Source: the human T2T-CHM13v2.0 reference genome, Homo sapiens. From it: 64,000 nucleotides of DNA. The notes below the pieces were generated by a model. It ran no database searches and was not told where the DNA came from. It worked only from the letters and a program-made list of their open reading frames with translations. Position 1 is the stretch's first letter; every line of letters begins with the position of its first letter. The position numbers and the translations under genes are program-made. The stretch is from NCBI RefSeq assembly GCF_009914755.1, contig NC_060928.1. The stretch is one strand, 5' to 3'. Below are positions 1 to 18,245 of this stretch, piece by piece.

Positions 1-192
1 AAGTTCCAAGGTGCATGTGCACAACGTGCAGGTTTGTTACATAGGTATACATGTGCCATATTGGTTTGCTTCACCCATCAACTCATCATTTACATTAGGT
101 ATTTCTCCTAATGCTGTCCCTACCCCAGCCCTCTACCCTCTGACAGGCCCCAGTGTGTGATGTTGCCAGCCTTGTGTCTATGTGTTCTCAAT

Positions 193-3894
<3,702 letters not shown>

Positions 3895-3957
3895 TATGAT
3901 GTTAGCTGGTTATTTTGCCTGTTAATTGATGTAGTTTCTTCATAGCATCGATGGTCT

Positions 3958-4960
3958 TTACAATTTGGCACATATTTTCAGTGGCTGGTACCAGTTCTTC
4001 CTATCCATGTTTAGTGATTCCTTCAGGAGCTCTTATGAGACAGGCCTGGTGGTGACAAAATCTCTCAGCATTTGCTTGTCTGTAAAGGATTTGCTTATGA
4101 AGCTTAGTTTGGCTGGATATAAAATTCTGGGTTGAAAATTCTTTTCATTAAGAATGTTGAATATTGGCCCCCACTCTCTTCTGGCTTGTAAGGTTTCTGC
4201 TGAGAGATCCACTGTTATTCTGATGGGCTTCCCTTTGGGGGTAACCCATCCTTCCTCTCTGGCTGCCCTTAACATTTTTTCCTTCATTTCAACCTTGGTG
4301 AAGCTGACAATTATATGGCTTGGGATTACTCTTCTCGAGGATTATCTTTGTGGTGTTCTCTGTATTTCCTGAATTTGAATCTTGGCCTGACTTGCTAGGT
4401 TGGGGAAGTTCTCCTGGATAATATCCTGAAGAGTGTTTTCCAACTTGGTTCCATTCTCCCGTTACTTTCAGGAACACCAATCAAACGCAGATTTGGTCTT
4501 TTCACATAGTCCCATATTTCTTGGAGGCTTTGTTCATTTCTTTTTACTCTTTTTTCTCTAAACTTCACTTCTCACTTTATTTCATTAATTTGATCTTCAA
4601 TCACTGATACCCTTTCTTCCACTTGATCAAATCAGCTACTGAAGCTTGTACATGCATCATGAAGTTCTCATGCCATGGTTTTCAGCTCCATCAGGTCATT
4701 TAAGGTGTTCACTATGCTGTTTATTCTAGTTAGCCATTAGTCTAACCTTTTTTCAAGATTTTTAGCTTCCTTGCGATGGGTTAGAACATGCTCCTTTAGC
4801 TCAGAGGAGTTTGTTATTATCGACCTTCTGAAGCCTGCTTCTGTCAACTTGTCAAAGTCATTCTTTGTTCCATTGCTGGTGAGGAGCTGCAATCCTTTGG
4901 AGGAGAAGGGGCACTCTGGTTTTTAGAATTTTCATCTTTTCTGCTCTGGTTTCTCCCTAT
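3958..4960 (-). pseudogene. L1 ORF1 remnant
   Basis: Start codon mutated ATG>ATA at 4960-4958 (CCACAAAGATAGGGAG); ORF fragment MKEKMLRAAREEGWVT...REWGPIFNIL; TAA at 3960-3958; small deletions near 4090 and 4864. Confidence 0.9.
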
Positions 4961-6104
4961 CTTTGTGGTTTTATCTACCTTTGGTCTTTGATGTTGGTGA
5001 GCTACAGATGGGGTTTTGGTGTGGATGTCCTTTTTGTTAATGTTGATGCTATTCCTTTCTATTTGTTAGTTTTCGTTCTAAGAGTCAGGTCCCTCAGCTG
5101 CAGGTCTATTGGAGTTTGCTGGAGGTCCACTCCAGACCCTGTTTGCCTGGATATCACCAGCAGAGGCTACAGAACAGCAAATACTGCAGAGCAGCAAATA
5201 TTGTTTCCTGATCCTTCCTCTTGAAGCTTTGTCTCAGAGGGACACCTGCCTGTATGAGGTGTCTGTCAGCCCCTACTAGGAGGTTTCTCCCAGTTAGGCT
5301 ACACGGGGTTCAGGGACCCTCTTGAGGAGGCAGTCTGTTTGTTCTCAGAGCTCGACCGCCATGCTGGGAGAACCACTGTTCTTTTCAGAGCTGTCAGACA
5401 GGGACGTTTAAGTTTGCAAAAGTTTCTGCTGCCTTTTGTTCAGCTATGCCCTGCCCACAGAGGTGGAGTCTATAGAGGCAGTAGGCCTTGCTGAGCTGCA
5501 GTGGGCTCTGCTCAGTCCAAACTTCCAGGCCACTTTGTTTACCTACTCAAGCCTCAGCAATGTTGGATGCCCCTCCCCCTGCCAGGCTGCTGCCTTGAAG
5601 GTCAATCTCAGACTGTTGAGCTAGCAGTGAGCAAGACTCCATGGGTGTGGGACCCACAGAGCCAGGCACAGGAGACAATCTCCTGGTCTGCCAGTTGCTA
5701 AGACCACTGGAAAAGCTCAGTATTTGGGTGGGAGTGTCCTGTTTTTCCAGGTGCAGTCTGTCATGGCTTCCCTTGTCTGGGAAAGGGAAATCCCCCTACC
5801 TCTTGCATTTCCCGGGTGAGGCGATTCCCCGCCCTGCTTCGGCTGCACCCGCTGTCCAACCAGTCCAAGTGAGATGAACCAGGTACCTCAGCTGGAAATG
5901 CTGAAATCACCAGTCTTCTGTGTCGATCACACTGGGAGCTGCAGACTGGAGCTGTTCCTATTTAGCCATCTTGGAACAGTAGTGTCTCCTTTTTAAGTCA
6001 ACTTGTTTTAGAAAAATGGATTCCTTCATGGGCTCTTAGATGTTACATTGCAATGGTAACTGGTATGTTTGATTACAAGTTCAAGAGACCTGTACCAATT
6101 ATTT

Positions 6105-6205
6105 CCATAAGTGACTGCCGTTTGACCTTGACTAGGTTACAATTAATCTAGACAACATTTTCCTCATCTGTAAAATGAAAGTGTTGTAATAGATTATTTT
6201 TATTA
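6105..6205 (+). mobile_element. MIR fragment
   Basis: MIR core TTTCCTCATCTGTAAAATG at ~6159-6177. Confidence 0.55.
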
Positions 6206-6369
6206 TCTCTTTCAATCCCCAACTGCTTTATTTGCAGCACACTGTTTGGTGCTGATATAAAAGTGATTGATTGCATAAAATTGTGAGATGGAAAGTATTT
6301 TCATATTTTTTAAAAAGACTTTATAAATACAAATAAAAGTTCTTAAGTTATGAATATGCTGCCTCCTAA

Positions 6370-8345
6370 GTCATTATAAAACTAATATCGATTAGCAAAC
6401 ACTCTTGTCAAGAAATGGAATATTACCAGCTTCCAAGGAACCTCCACAGTCATTACTTTCCAATCACAAAGCCTGTTGTTTCAGCTATAATTAACTATTT
6501 TTATTTTGAAATGTTTGATGTATTTTATGCTTTCCTTTAATTTTAACTCTTAAGTATGTAGCTCTTAAACTTTAATTTAATTTTGCCTGTTTCTGAACTT
6601 TGCATAAGTTGAATAATGCAAAATGTGAATTTTATCTTTGTAATGATTTTTTTTTAGCTCAATGTTATATTTGTAAAAATTATCCATGGCCCTATGTAGT
6701 ACTTTGTGTATACTTGAGATTTTTTTTATTCCTATGAAGCTATAGGCTCTTCTTTTTTACTTAAGTATAGCATTTTGTTGTATAAATATGCCATAATATA
6801 TTTATCCATTCTATTGTTGATGGACATTTGGGTTGTTTTCAAGTTATGGTTAACAAGAATAATGCTGTAGTGAGCATAGTGATACATGTCCCTAGGTGTA
6901 CATGTGTGCACATTTCTTACCTTGGGTAGACCTTAGGTATAAAGCTACTTGGAATAAAGTTTTCATATTTTTAAATTTGACAGATAATGCCAATTGTCAT
7001 TCTTGAGGGTATCCTGCTGTACAGAATTCTAGATTAGCAGATATTTTCTTAAGTTATTTTGATAATATAATTCCATTGTCTTCCAGATTGTTATTTTATT
7101 TTGGAAAAAAAAAGTATTTTAAATATAGTTATTTAATTTTTAAAGATAAACTCTTTTCTCTATTTTTAAAACTTACAAGTTTCATTTTGTTTTGTTTAGA
7201 GATTTTTAACTGTCGTTCTTTGAGTGAATTTCTTTTCTTTTTTTCATGCAGCTTGAAATTAATAGGGCATCTTGAATCAATGAACTGACATCATTTGTAA
7301 GTTTTGGGAAACCCTCAACATTTATTTCTTTAAACATGATTCTGCTTCATTTTGCTTTTGAGACATTTTCCCTCTCTTTTTCTTTGATTCCACTTAAGCA
7401 TATGTTTGACCTATCACTATGCTGTCTATGAATTTAACCCCCTTATCTCTATTTCCTACCCTTTGTTTCTCTGTGTCTCATTGAGAATTTTTTTTGACCT
7501 ATTGATCTTTTCATGAGCTTTTTCTTCAGTTTTATCTAATATGTTGCTAAAACCAGAGATTTTGAGTTCTAAGATATTTTTTTCAAATATGTAAATTTTT
7601 AATACAATTATCTGTCAATGCTTTTTAAATTTTGTCTTTTATTTCCTGGTACATAGTCATATGATTCTTTTATTATCTGCTTTTGATTATTTCAACATTT
7701 GAAGTCCCTATGGACACCATTCTATTGGGCCTTTTTCTTTTCTTTTCTTTCTTTTTTCTTGCTGGCTCTTTTTGAATTTATAACTTCTTGTTCTTGATTA
7801 TCTTTGATTGTGAACTGAAATTTGTAGTTTGGAAAAGTATTTGTAGAAATTATTTTATGCCTACAGTGATGTTATCTTCCTCCAGAGAGAATGCATGTTT
7901 CTTTTAAATTGATATTTGTAAGCATTAGAAATTTTGAATAACAGTCAACCTCTTTTATGTATTTGGGATTTTTTATTCTTCCAAATAAGATGAAAATTCC
8001 TTAGAGATATTGTGAGAATTGTTTTTTTTCTGCTTTCTTCTTCCTTCTGTGGTATAATCTTTGTATCTCTGCTTGAAAAGGGTCCCCTAACTTGTGGGTT
8101 ATGGACACTTTCTTTTGTCCTCATATTTCTGTGGGAGGCTACAAGCAGGACTTAGTCTTTTAGCTATTTCTTCCTGAATTGAAAAAATATCTGCACCATG
8201 TCCTAAGAGGTACTATAATCCTCTTTGAATTTACTTCTTTTCTTGGATCTCATTTGTTAATTGTTGACTTCTGAACATTTTAAGTAGAATAATTTTAATT
8301 TTATCCAAATTTTCCACTTGTCCTCAGTAAGAGGATTGGTCTTCC
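6370..8345 (-). mobile_element. Ancient L1M/HAL1-type fragments
   Basis: L1 3' motif TTTATCCATTCTATTGTTGATGGACATTTGGGTTG (~6800), followed by T-rich ORF1-like decayed sequence; boundaries approximate. Confidence 0.6.
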
Positions 8346-9574
8346 ATTCTTAAAATAATGACAAACTATTTCAGAGAACCATTTGTCTCACTTCAGCTCA
8401 TAATCATGTTGTGTTCTTAATAGACGAGAAAAAAAGCAGTGTTATATTACAAATAATTTTTAAAATTTTTTAGTGATTAAATGATTTTTTCGCAACTAGG
8501 ATGTTCTAAGAAAGGAAACTATTTTATGCAGGATAAATCATTGAAAAGTTGTATGCCAAAGTATGACATGGCACACATTTGGTAGGCATAGGTATTACAC
8601 AGACCTACCAGACAGCACATTTTAAGTTACTACTGAACAGTCATAATTGTTCATTTGGAATGGGAATTCCTACTCACAAACACAAGCAAGTTCTGACTGA
8701 TTAACTTGATCTATTGTTGAAGAACTGCATAGTAATTTTTAGAGTACACACGAGCCTTTCAAATATGTATTATTTTATTGTCTGATTCTCATAAAGCTAA
8801 TGATAGAATTAACTTTCTAAAGTGAAAGGAGTTTAAATAATCTTTTCATGGACATGTAGTTATTAAGAGATAGGGCTGGTTAAAGAATCTTGGACTTCTA
8901 ACGTCTTTCTCCATGACCCATCTCTCTACTCTGTTGTTTCTCATTGAGAGGTCAATACTTCTGAGTATATTAAAACAGAATTTCAATATTTATCTTAGCA
9001 ATATAAAATACTAAATGGCTACTAAAATGATCACAACTCTTTTTTAATCCAAAATCTGCTTTTTCTTCTAGTATTTGTTTTCTCTTCTGTGTTATGCAGA
9101 TTATTCATTCATATAGCACCTATTTACATTTTAAAATACAAATGGTCATGTGGTATGGAATAAACTCTTTATGTGTATGCATGCTTTATTTCCTGTTTTG
9201 GCAACTGTGCCTTTCAGATTTCTCCCATATTGCCACATATACAATATAGCTTAATATTTGATGAGGATCTTTTGTAAAGACAAGACATGTGAGAGTAAAT
9301 TACATTCATTTAGGCAAATGTACTCATTTCTCTCAATGCCCACTTTTAATTTTCTTCTAAAAGTATTATACTAGTAATTTTATGTTTTGTGTTATTGACT
9401 GAACATATTGAGCAACACATATACTGTATATTTATTTCATTTAGCTAATAAATATTGCATTTCTGCAAATGTTTTAGAAGAAATAAAAATGACCTTTCAC
9501 ATATTCCTTGTAAATAAAGAATAAGAAAGTAAATACTGAATTACACCGAGGGAGCAAGATAACAAAGCCCAGAA

Positions 9575-9700
9575 GTATATATCTACATATATTTATGTAT
9601 ATACACACATATACATATATATTTATAATATAACATATACATGTATGTATGTAGAATGTCTATGTCTGTACCCACATGTAAAAACAGGCATATATATAAA
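9575..9700. repeat. (TA)/(CA)-rich low-complexity tract
   Basis: Alternating purine-pyrimidine runs visible directly. Confidence 0.7.
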
Positions 9701-12700
9701 GAGAGGGAGTAAATGTTGACTTTCATTTTTAGAGTATTTGAACCAGTTCCTAGCATTTAAAGATAGCAAGATTTCATATAAAAATTTGTTTTAATTTTTC
9801 TAAAAAATCTGTAAGTTCCAGAAATCCTGTTCCTGAAATTAAACTTACAGCATTTCTGCATTCCTGCCTGGCAACCATTAAATAAATATGAGTATTAATT
9901 TGTTTCTACCTTTTGTTCAGTTGTCCTTTCTAGATGGCTCATGAACTCTCCAGTTGGTTACAATAAGATAATTCACTAACTTTCACCTTAATTTCCTGTC
10001 TCCTGTAAATATTTGATTTTTTCTATTGTTACACTACACTACATATCATTTTTAAAGCATTTCAGGGAAGATAATGTATTTCCTTGGCTATCATCTTCAT
10101 AGTTGTAATGGAAGGAAACAAAACCAATTAATTAGGTAAGTGTCTTTAGACAAAAACTTTTCAATTTAGAAAAAAGTCAACAAAATTGATAATTGGTCTA
10201 ACCTGCAGAACTGTTTGAACAGATAAGCTATTTTGCAAAGCAGTAAGCCTGGTGACTCAATACAGATGCAGCCTACATTTTTATAGATACAGCAGTTATT
10301 TCAGTTTTGTCAATTCTTGCATCTCGCCAAGAGTGATGATTTATGCTTAAAGTATACCATACATAGGAGCCCATTTTCTCAATTTTATGTTGGGTGACAT
10401 CCTTGCCACGTATTCCATTTTCAATTTCTTAAGGAAGATAATGTCTGAGTTTTTGTTCATATGCATCACATATTTAAAAATCATCCATAGCCCTTAATTT
10501 ATGTTTTAAAAGAAGGAAAGGATAATATGGTAATCACTATAAAATGTTGTGTTATAGAATGCATATTGGATTCAATTTAATTTTCTTATGTGATTAATTC
10601 TTATGATCCCCATTAGGAACCTGTGATTTGGTCATCAATGTCCATAGAAAATGCTCTTCAGTAGTGACTCTGGTAACTACATGTTTTTTAGATTGGTTCT
10701 TTCTTTCCCCCCAAGAAATTGTAATTTATTACACAGAAGATGAGTCTGTGATGATGGCTGAGTACAAGTCATGGCAAAATCCGATATGTGTTCTTCTTTA
10801 TCACAGTTGACACAGTTTACATTCACCATGAAGACATTCATCCAGGAATCAGAGGCACATATTTGGCCCTTATGTATTGTTAAGTAAACATTGACAATTC
10901 CTTACAGCCTCTAGATAAAAAGGGAAAATCAGAGTCCAAATCTTAAATTTTCCCAACACTGCAGTTCTCCTTACATTACTGAAGACTTACCCCTAAGAAT
11001 TATGATTTTAAAGAGGTGTTATTTTGCTTTTTTGTCTTAATCATATTTCAAATTATGTTTAATAGATAATAGTATGTGTTTTATTATATACACTGTTAAA
11101 TAAGTTTATCTCAAAGTATTACACTATAATTTTACAAAATTTAGCATAGAGTACTTATTAACTGACATCTAAAATATAGGCTTTAATTTGTTTAATAGTT
11201 TTAATTTTTCTACAATCTTTTTAGTTACTGTAGGATAGAAAAACAATGAGAAAATGTAAGCTCTTTTGTGTCTTACAGCATAATATGGAAGGCTGAAATT
11301 TAAAGATACTTGTTAACATATAGCAAAATTTAGAAGCTTAACACTAAACCAATGAAGCGAACCCCAAACATACATTAGAATCTTATTTCATCCATCAATC
11401 CCTGTCAAGAGATTTTAGTTACCTTAGAAAAAGGTCTTTTGAATGCCCCACCTCCGCATATGTTATCTCTTAGGGTTCTTCTGTTTGAGTAACTGATTTT
11501 TGCTACACTATTCTTGCTAGTATTCCATAACCATTTTGCCAAAATCCCTTATGCCCCTCAGAGGTAATTGTACTTTTCTTTGTAGAAGTTAGATGTTTTT
11601 GGTTTTTCAAAAACAAGTTTTCATTTTCTGCTCCAGAAAGTCTGAGTTGGTTGAATATTTTCCTCTAGTTATTTTTATGAATTCCATAAACTATGTTATT
11701 TTGAAAAAGATGGACCTCACATCTTTTTATCTAGTATATATTTTAATCTTTATATTCTTAGATCAAAATATATTCCTTTGAGACGAGCTGCAGATGCCTT
11801 GTTCTCCAAAAGAATTCCCATGACTGTACTTACTAGAAAAATGAAGTGCCCCAATTATTATGAACAAGCTCTGGTTTCTTCTTCCTCCTCTTTTCTAGAT
11901 ATCTTCTGGAGTACAATGGAAAGGTCCTAGACAATAATATCTACAATGTAAAGTATAATATTTAAATTGTTCTCTAGTAGAAATATTAACAAAGTTATTT
12001 GAGAGTGTTTATTTCTGTTGGAGTAGAGAATCACTTCCATGATTCCATTTGGGGATGATAAATAATTTAGGAAGGCTTGTTAGATGTGCAGGTATTACAT
12101 TTATACTTTAAAAGATAAAAAGGCTGTGAAAAGGCTGAGTGGGAGAGAATATATGTAATGTAACGTATAGAACACCAAAAAATATTCAGAAACTAGCCTT
12201 TCAGTTGGAAAGAAAGTGGAAATGTTTCCTGTTAGATCATTTCATCCTGCCACTTATTTCGCGAACTTTTGATCTGAGATATTAAAGCGGTTCTCCTAAC
12301 AGTTGTCTGTCTATTTGGAACATCAAATGGCTATTTTGTTGAGACTACAGTGTCACTAGTGTGTGTCTCTAAATGACAGTTCTGCATGTTAATGCTAACT
12401 GTGACTTGAATAGTAAGACTGACATTAGAGACTTTTTGAAATGAGAACAACATTCTTGATCAACCTACAGAGTGCAAAAATTGGGAAATCATCAAGTAAC
12501 TTCATAAGGCTAGGTTGCATTGTAATTTCATTTTCATTAGTGATGAGATTGTTGTGGAATAATGAGTGACCTTCAGTTGTGGTAAGTTAGTCAGGTAAAA
12601 ATTCCTACACCAGAGTTATAACACTCAGTCATTGGTGACTTACAATTTTCTTTTAACTCTTGAACTAAAACAAATGTTATTTTATTTATGTAGCTTTATT

Positions 12701-13585
12701 ACTGCTGAAATACTATTTTATACATATAAAGATGATTAAAACTGATCGTATATTATTAGATGCAATCACCATGTTCTTCAATTTCACTTTAGTAATTATT
12801 GGGCACCTCCTATGTGCCAGATTTATATATGTCCTCTCATTCAGTGTTCGCAGCAGACCCATGAGATTGTGGCCGTTATCTACACTTTACAAATGAGAAG
12901 ACTGAAATTAAGGGAAATCAAGTGGAGTAGATATGTATTAACTTATGTTTGTTTGCTTTTTCTGGATGCACCTCACCCCCTCCTGCATCACATGAAATTG
13001 TTAAATACTTGGCCTTCCTTTCTTCACCCCAAGGAGATGCAATATTAAGGTCTGTGTAACCTAAAAACAGTGATTGAAGTGATTGATCCACATATGAACT
13101 CATGATTGTAGCGAGGCCAATAAATGTTCTTTATCCAGGATTGGTATAAATACTGTGGAAAAGAGAATTCTTTTCTGTGATTCACAACCTTGCAAACCAT
13201 AAACTCCTGGCACTCTTTGAGGGTCTATCTTTGCTCACATGTGGAGAGATCTTACCAAAGAAGAAAGTAAATAGAGAATATGACAGAACTGAAAGATGGG
13301 GAAAAAGAGGCTAATTCTGGGGCTATAGTTTGAATTTTTGTTTACCTAACCATAAAATCTGGTAGTGGGAAGACATACATGTATGCAAATGCAATAAATA
13401 CTACATTAAAAATTTGGGTGGGCCATGCCTAAGAAAGAGCACTTATATTCACATTACTAAACTTTGCTACATTCCACAAGCAATATAATGTCTAAACCCC
13501 TGAACAATTTAGAATATATCCAAAGTAGTTATTGATGCATCAAAAATGGCATCAGTTAACACAAGAAAAGTGAATCATGAAACGT

Positions 13586-13968
13586 TATATTATTCCATTC
13601 TTACACTGCTATAAATAAATACCTGAGACTGGGTAATTTATAAAGAAAAGAGGCTTAAACAGTTCATGTCTCCACAGGCCGTACAGGAAGCATGGCTGGA
13701 AAGGCCTCAGGAAACTTAAAATAATGGCAGAAAGTGAAGGGGAGGCAGGCACATCTTCACATGGCCAGAGCAGGAGGAACAGCATGAGGGAGGAGGTGCC
13801 ACACACTTTTAAACAACCAGATCTTATGAGAACTCTATCACGAGAATAACACCAAAGGGGAAAATCTACCCTCATGATCCAGCCACCTCCCACCAGGCCC
13901 CACCTCCAGTGAGGGAGATTGCAATTTGACATGAGATTTGGGTGGGGACACAGATCCAAACCATATCA
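13586..13968 (-). mobile_element. MSTA-type MaLR solo LTR
   Basis: GAGACTGGGTAATTTATAAAGAAAAGAGG ... GAGATTTGGGTGGGGACACAGATCCAAACCATATCA; degenerate 5-bp TSD AACGT/TATGT. Confidence 0.9.
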
Positions 13969-16131
13969 TATGTTGAGAAGAGAGGTCATCAAAGTTTTCA
14001 TAAAATTTTGAAATGAAGGAGAAAATTCTGTTGGATAATTCTGGGTAGTTTTCAGAGGAGGAAACCCATGATTAATTCTTACTATATTTACTGAGTTTGC
14101 AGTGTGTGGAATATAAATGTCTTTCTCTGAATTTGTAAAGGCAAATAAAAATATTAGTACAGGGATGACCCCAGGATAAATTTTATGTTGGCCTCGATAT
14201 GTTGTAGCCTTTTTTCCAACTGTTTCCTGCTATTCTCAATCATGTTTGAGTCTTTGAAGGGCATGTTGCATGGTTGACATACATGCTGTGAGCAGCAGTC
14301 CTGTAAGTAGTGACTATTACAAAACTCTGAAAGTGTTTCTTTCTAAAGATAGCAGGTTTTACTTCCTGGAAATAATTCACTTCAGAGCCAGATGATGCTG
14401 ATGACCCTGAATCTCCCTTTTCTGAAAGAAGATAATAGCAACACTGTTTTGTTGTTGTTTTTTGTTTGTTTGTTTGTTGTGAAGGGAGGAAACTATTCTT
14501 AGAAAGTTCTTTTGGAAAATTTGTGAATAGGTGATGGCACTGGATACTGATGCTAGCTACAGTTTACTGAGTTTTTCCTAAGTGTTAGCCACTGGGTTAG
14601 AAATATATTGTTGTTAATTTTTGTAGCCATCTTTCAAGGTTTAAATGATGAGTAGACTGAAGCTCAGAGAGATATTAAGTATAGAAACATATATAAAAAC
14701 TGTTGAGCTGGTACAGGTGAGAATACTGAGTGCAAACATCACATACCCATAGGTCATCAGTTTTAGCTCTTCCCTTCCCTCATCCTTTCTTTCCCTCTTT
14801 CTCCTCTCCGTCTTTTTCTCCCTTCTTGATTGTTTTGTTGAATCCCTAAAGCATTTTCCAACTAGCCTTTTCTTTGTTCATTACAATGATCCAATTTGGC
14901 AGTTGTAAAATTTTCAAGCTTTTTTCAACCCTTCATTAAAATTTATGTCAAATGTTTGGTGAATTTTACAGCTCCAGATACAGTGAGTGCTGTATGCTGA
15001 CCTTGTTTACTGAGCACGGGAAATTCCCAGGTATCATAGCTGCAGTGGCTCTTGCATTCACGTCAGAATGAGCTAAAGTCTAAAAATAGATTGTGTTCTG
15101 TACCTGAGGTTCTTCCCTAGCGCTTTTCAACCTCTGTTTCTGGGAAACAGTGATGCAGCTCAGAGGCAGACAAAAACAGTGAGAGTAACTCCATAACTCA
15201 CAGTGGGAGGAAATCATATTAAATGCCTAATGAGTTCTGACACACCTATCGTCATAAATTTCTATAAGTCATGGTAACATTTTGAAGAGAAATCTTACTG
15301 AAAAAATTATATATTTCAAACTTCATAATTCGTGATTCAGGATCTTTGTAATCTATTTTATATACTCGTAAGTGTATGTTTTTACAGACACACATATATG
15401 AATGTTTCTACTACTTTTGAGAAATCATCTTTTAAAATATCTTAAATTTTTCATTATGTAGTCTTGTCCTTCCTTAGTTTTCTTTCTTTTAACTATAGAG
15501 ACATCTTTCAATTAAAAAACAAAAATCGAAACAAAAATGCAACTCTGAATTTGTCTTTGCTTTCCACAAAGCATATCTAGATTCTGCTTACTGTATCAGT
15601 AGTTACTAATATAAAGCAATAGCTATGAGCCACTAAAGTTGGGGCAGGGGACAGTAAACATTTACTGAGTAGGTCTTATTTCTGTACTTTTAGACTCTAC
15701 CATGGCACAAAATGTGCTGTGTTGCAATTACCTATTTGTGTGCTTCTTGCCTATTTGTGTTTTAACATCTAGAGGAAAGCAGTCATGTCACAGCCAGTCT
15801 TGTATTTTCTTCAGTGCCTCCTGTAATGCTGGCCATTTAATCTCCTAAACCCTGTGGCAGAGAAGAGTAAGACTGAATGTATGACCAGAAGCAGCTAAAA
15901 ATGTAGTTTGTAGAGGTCAGTTGCTACAACATTTATCTTGTGTTTTTTGGGATTTTTTTTTTTTAGACATTCTTTTGGACTTGGATTCTATACCATAAAA
16001 TGCAATATCTGCTTACTTGAAAATAAAAAACAATAAACAAACATAAAAGAGGGTAAATTGTTTTAAATTATGTGATGTTGCATAAAATTTATATACCAGG
16101 AAACTGTCATATTCACCCTGAAATATGTAAC

Positions 16132-16260
16132 AATGGATGTTACATAAATTTAATTAAATTTAATTAAATGGATGTTACATAAATTTAATTAAATTTAATT
16201 AAATGGATGTTACATAAATTTAATTAAATTTAATTAAATGGATGTTACATAAATTTAATT
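16132..16260. repeat. 35-bp minisatellite, ~3.7 perfect copies
   Basis: Unit AATGGATGTTACATAAATTTAATTAAATTTAATTA starts at 16132, 16167, 16202 and 16237. Confidence 0.97.
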
Positions 16261-16979
16261 TAATTTAGAAATCTAGTCTTCAGAAAGCTGTGAATACAGA
16301 CAACAACTCAGTTGGAGACAAGGTAAATGTAATTTTTATCCTCTGCTCTCTTTCTAGTATTCTGTATCCCTTTTTGTTTTCTTTCTCCATCTCTGTGACT
16401 TATTACTTCCAACAGGCTTTATGCCATTGTACTGTCAGCACTTATACCAGACCTCAGGGAAGGGACTCCCATTGGCTGTTGTCCTTGGGCTCAAAAATCA
16501 CATTGTCACTGCTAATGCATATTTATCCCAGCTGAGGGGCTATGGAAGCAAGTAACTAAGCCCAACTGGCCTGCTCCAATTGCTGATTTCTGATTTTTGA
16601 GTCACAACTAGCATAATGACAAGATCATGGGCCTAGGATCTGAGCCAGGTCCAAATGCTGGCTCTCTAAATGCCAGTTGTATATCCTTTGGCAAATCATT
16701 TAAGCTTTCTGTGACTAGTTTGTTTTGGGTGCTCCATATATTTAACTTCGTTTAATCCGCACTGCAACTCTCTGAGGTTGTTATTTTCATGCCATTTGTA
16801 CATTTTAAAAGGGCACCATGCCTTTAAGAGATAGAAATTATGCTGATTTATGCATCTATTAAGTGGCAGAGGTGCAACTGAACTCCATATGTTTAATGTT
16901 ACAGCACTTCCCATGCAATCTGCTATCATCAGGAATGACTAACAGAGGTCTTAGACAAAATGTTTCCAATTATTGCAAT

Positions 16980-18245
16980 GAATTTTTAATAGAATTCATT
17001 GTTTTAGAAGAGTGTTAGATTTACAGAAAAATTGAGGAGACACTGAAAAGAGCTCACATATACCTAACATTCTTTTTTCTTTATTATTAGCATCTTATAC
17101 TAGTTTGATACATTTATTACAATTAGTAACCTAATACTGATATGTAATTATTAACTAAAGTCTATAATTTGTTCACATTTGCCTCTTTCTGCTTCAGGAT
17201 TCCAGGCAGGCAGTATACCACATTACATTTCATTGTGATGGTTCTTTAGGCTCCTATAGTCTACCACAGTTCTCAGACTTTCCTTGTTTCACAGCATTTT
17301 GATTGTTTTAAAGAGTGCTGGTGAAGTATTTTGTAGGATTCCTCTCTTTTGGAATTTTAAAAATGTTTTTCTCATGCTTAGACTGGCGTTATGGGTTTTG
17401 GGGAAGAAGATCATAGACATAAAGTGTGATTTTCATCACGTCATATGAAGAGTACATACTAGCAGCATGATTCATTGCTGTTGATGATAATCTTGCTGAG
17501 GTGTGTTTGTTAGATTTCTCCCTTGTAGAGTTACTGTTCTTCCCCACCTTTCCACATTGTACTCTTTGAAAGAAAGTCACTGTGAGCAGCTAGCACTTAA
17601 GAAGTCAAGATTTATGTTGCCCTTCCTTGAGGGAGAAGTATCTACATAAATTGCTTAGAATTTGTTTGCATGGCATATTTATATCTTCCCCCATTTATTA
17701 ACTTATTTGATCATTTATATATGTAAGTATGGAATCATAGATATTAACTTTATACTGTGGGTTATAATCCAATATGAATTTACTTATTTTGTAGCTCAAA
17801 TTGTTCCAGCTTTGGCCATTAGGAGCTTTTTCAATTGGCTTCTGTGTCCCTTTGGCACACCTCCAACTATGTTTTTGTTTTTGTTTGTTTTTAAGCACTT
17901 CCTTACATTTTGGCACTGTAAGTTGCTCCAGGTTTATCTTGTATAATTCCTGTCCCAGTCCTTGAATCAGCCATTTCTCTGAGGAGCTTTTTGTTGTTTT
18001 TACAGGAGAATGGTGTTAGAAATCATGATCTGGGCACTAGATGTGTTTGTGGCTCCTGCGATAGCCCTCTCAGCAGACAAAACAAAGAGATATATTTGTG
18101 TGTATTAATCTGTGTATATGCACATATCTAAAAATGTTTAAATTTGCCACCTTTTGTGATATTTTAAGATAAACATGGGTTCTTACCAATGTCTCCAGCT
18201 GTAATCCGTATATGTGGATCATTGTAGCCTCTTTCCTTGCTTATT
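16980..18245 (-). mobile_element. L1MC-type 3' region
   Basis: TTAGATTTACAGAAAAATTG...TATTAACTAAAGTC...TTTCTCATGCTTAGACTGG, motifs typical of L1MC 3' ends; boundaries approximate. Confidence 0.7.

Noticed and set aside
16132-16260. CRISPR-like repeat array
   Set aside because: Head-to-tail identical units without spacers in mammalian DNA; it is a minisatellite.
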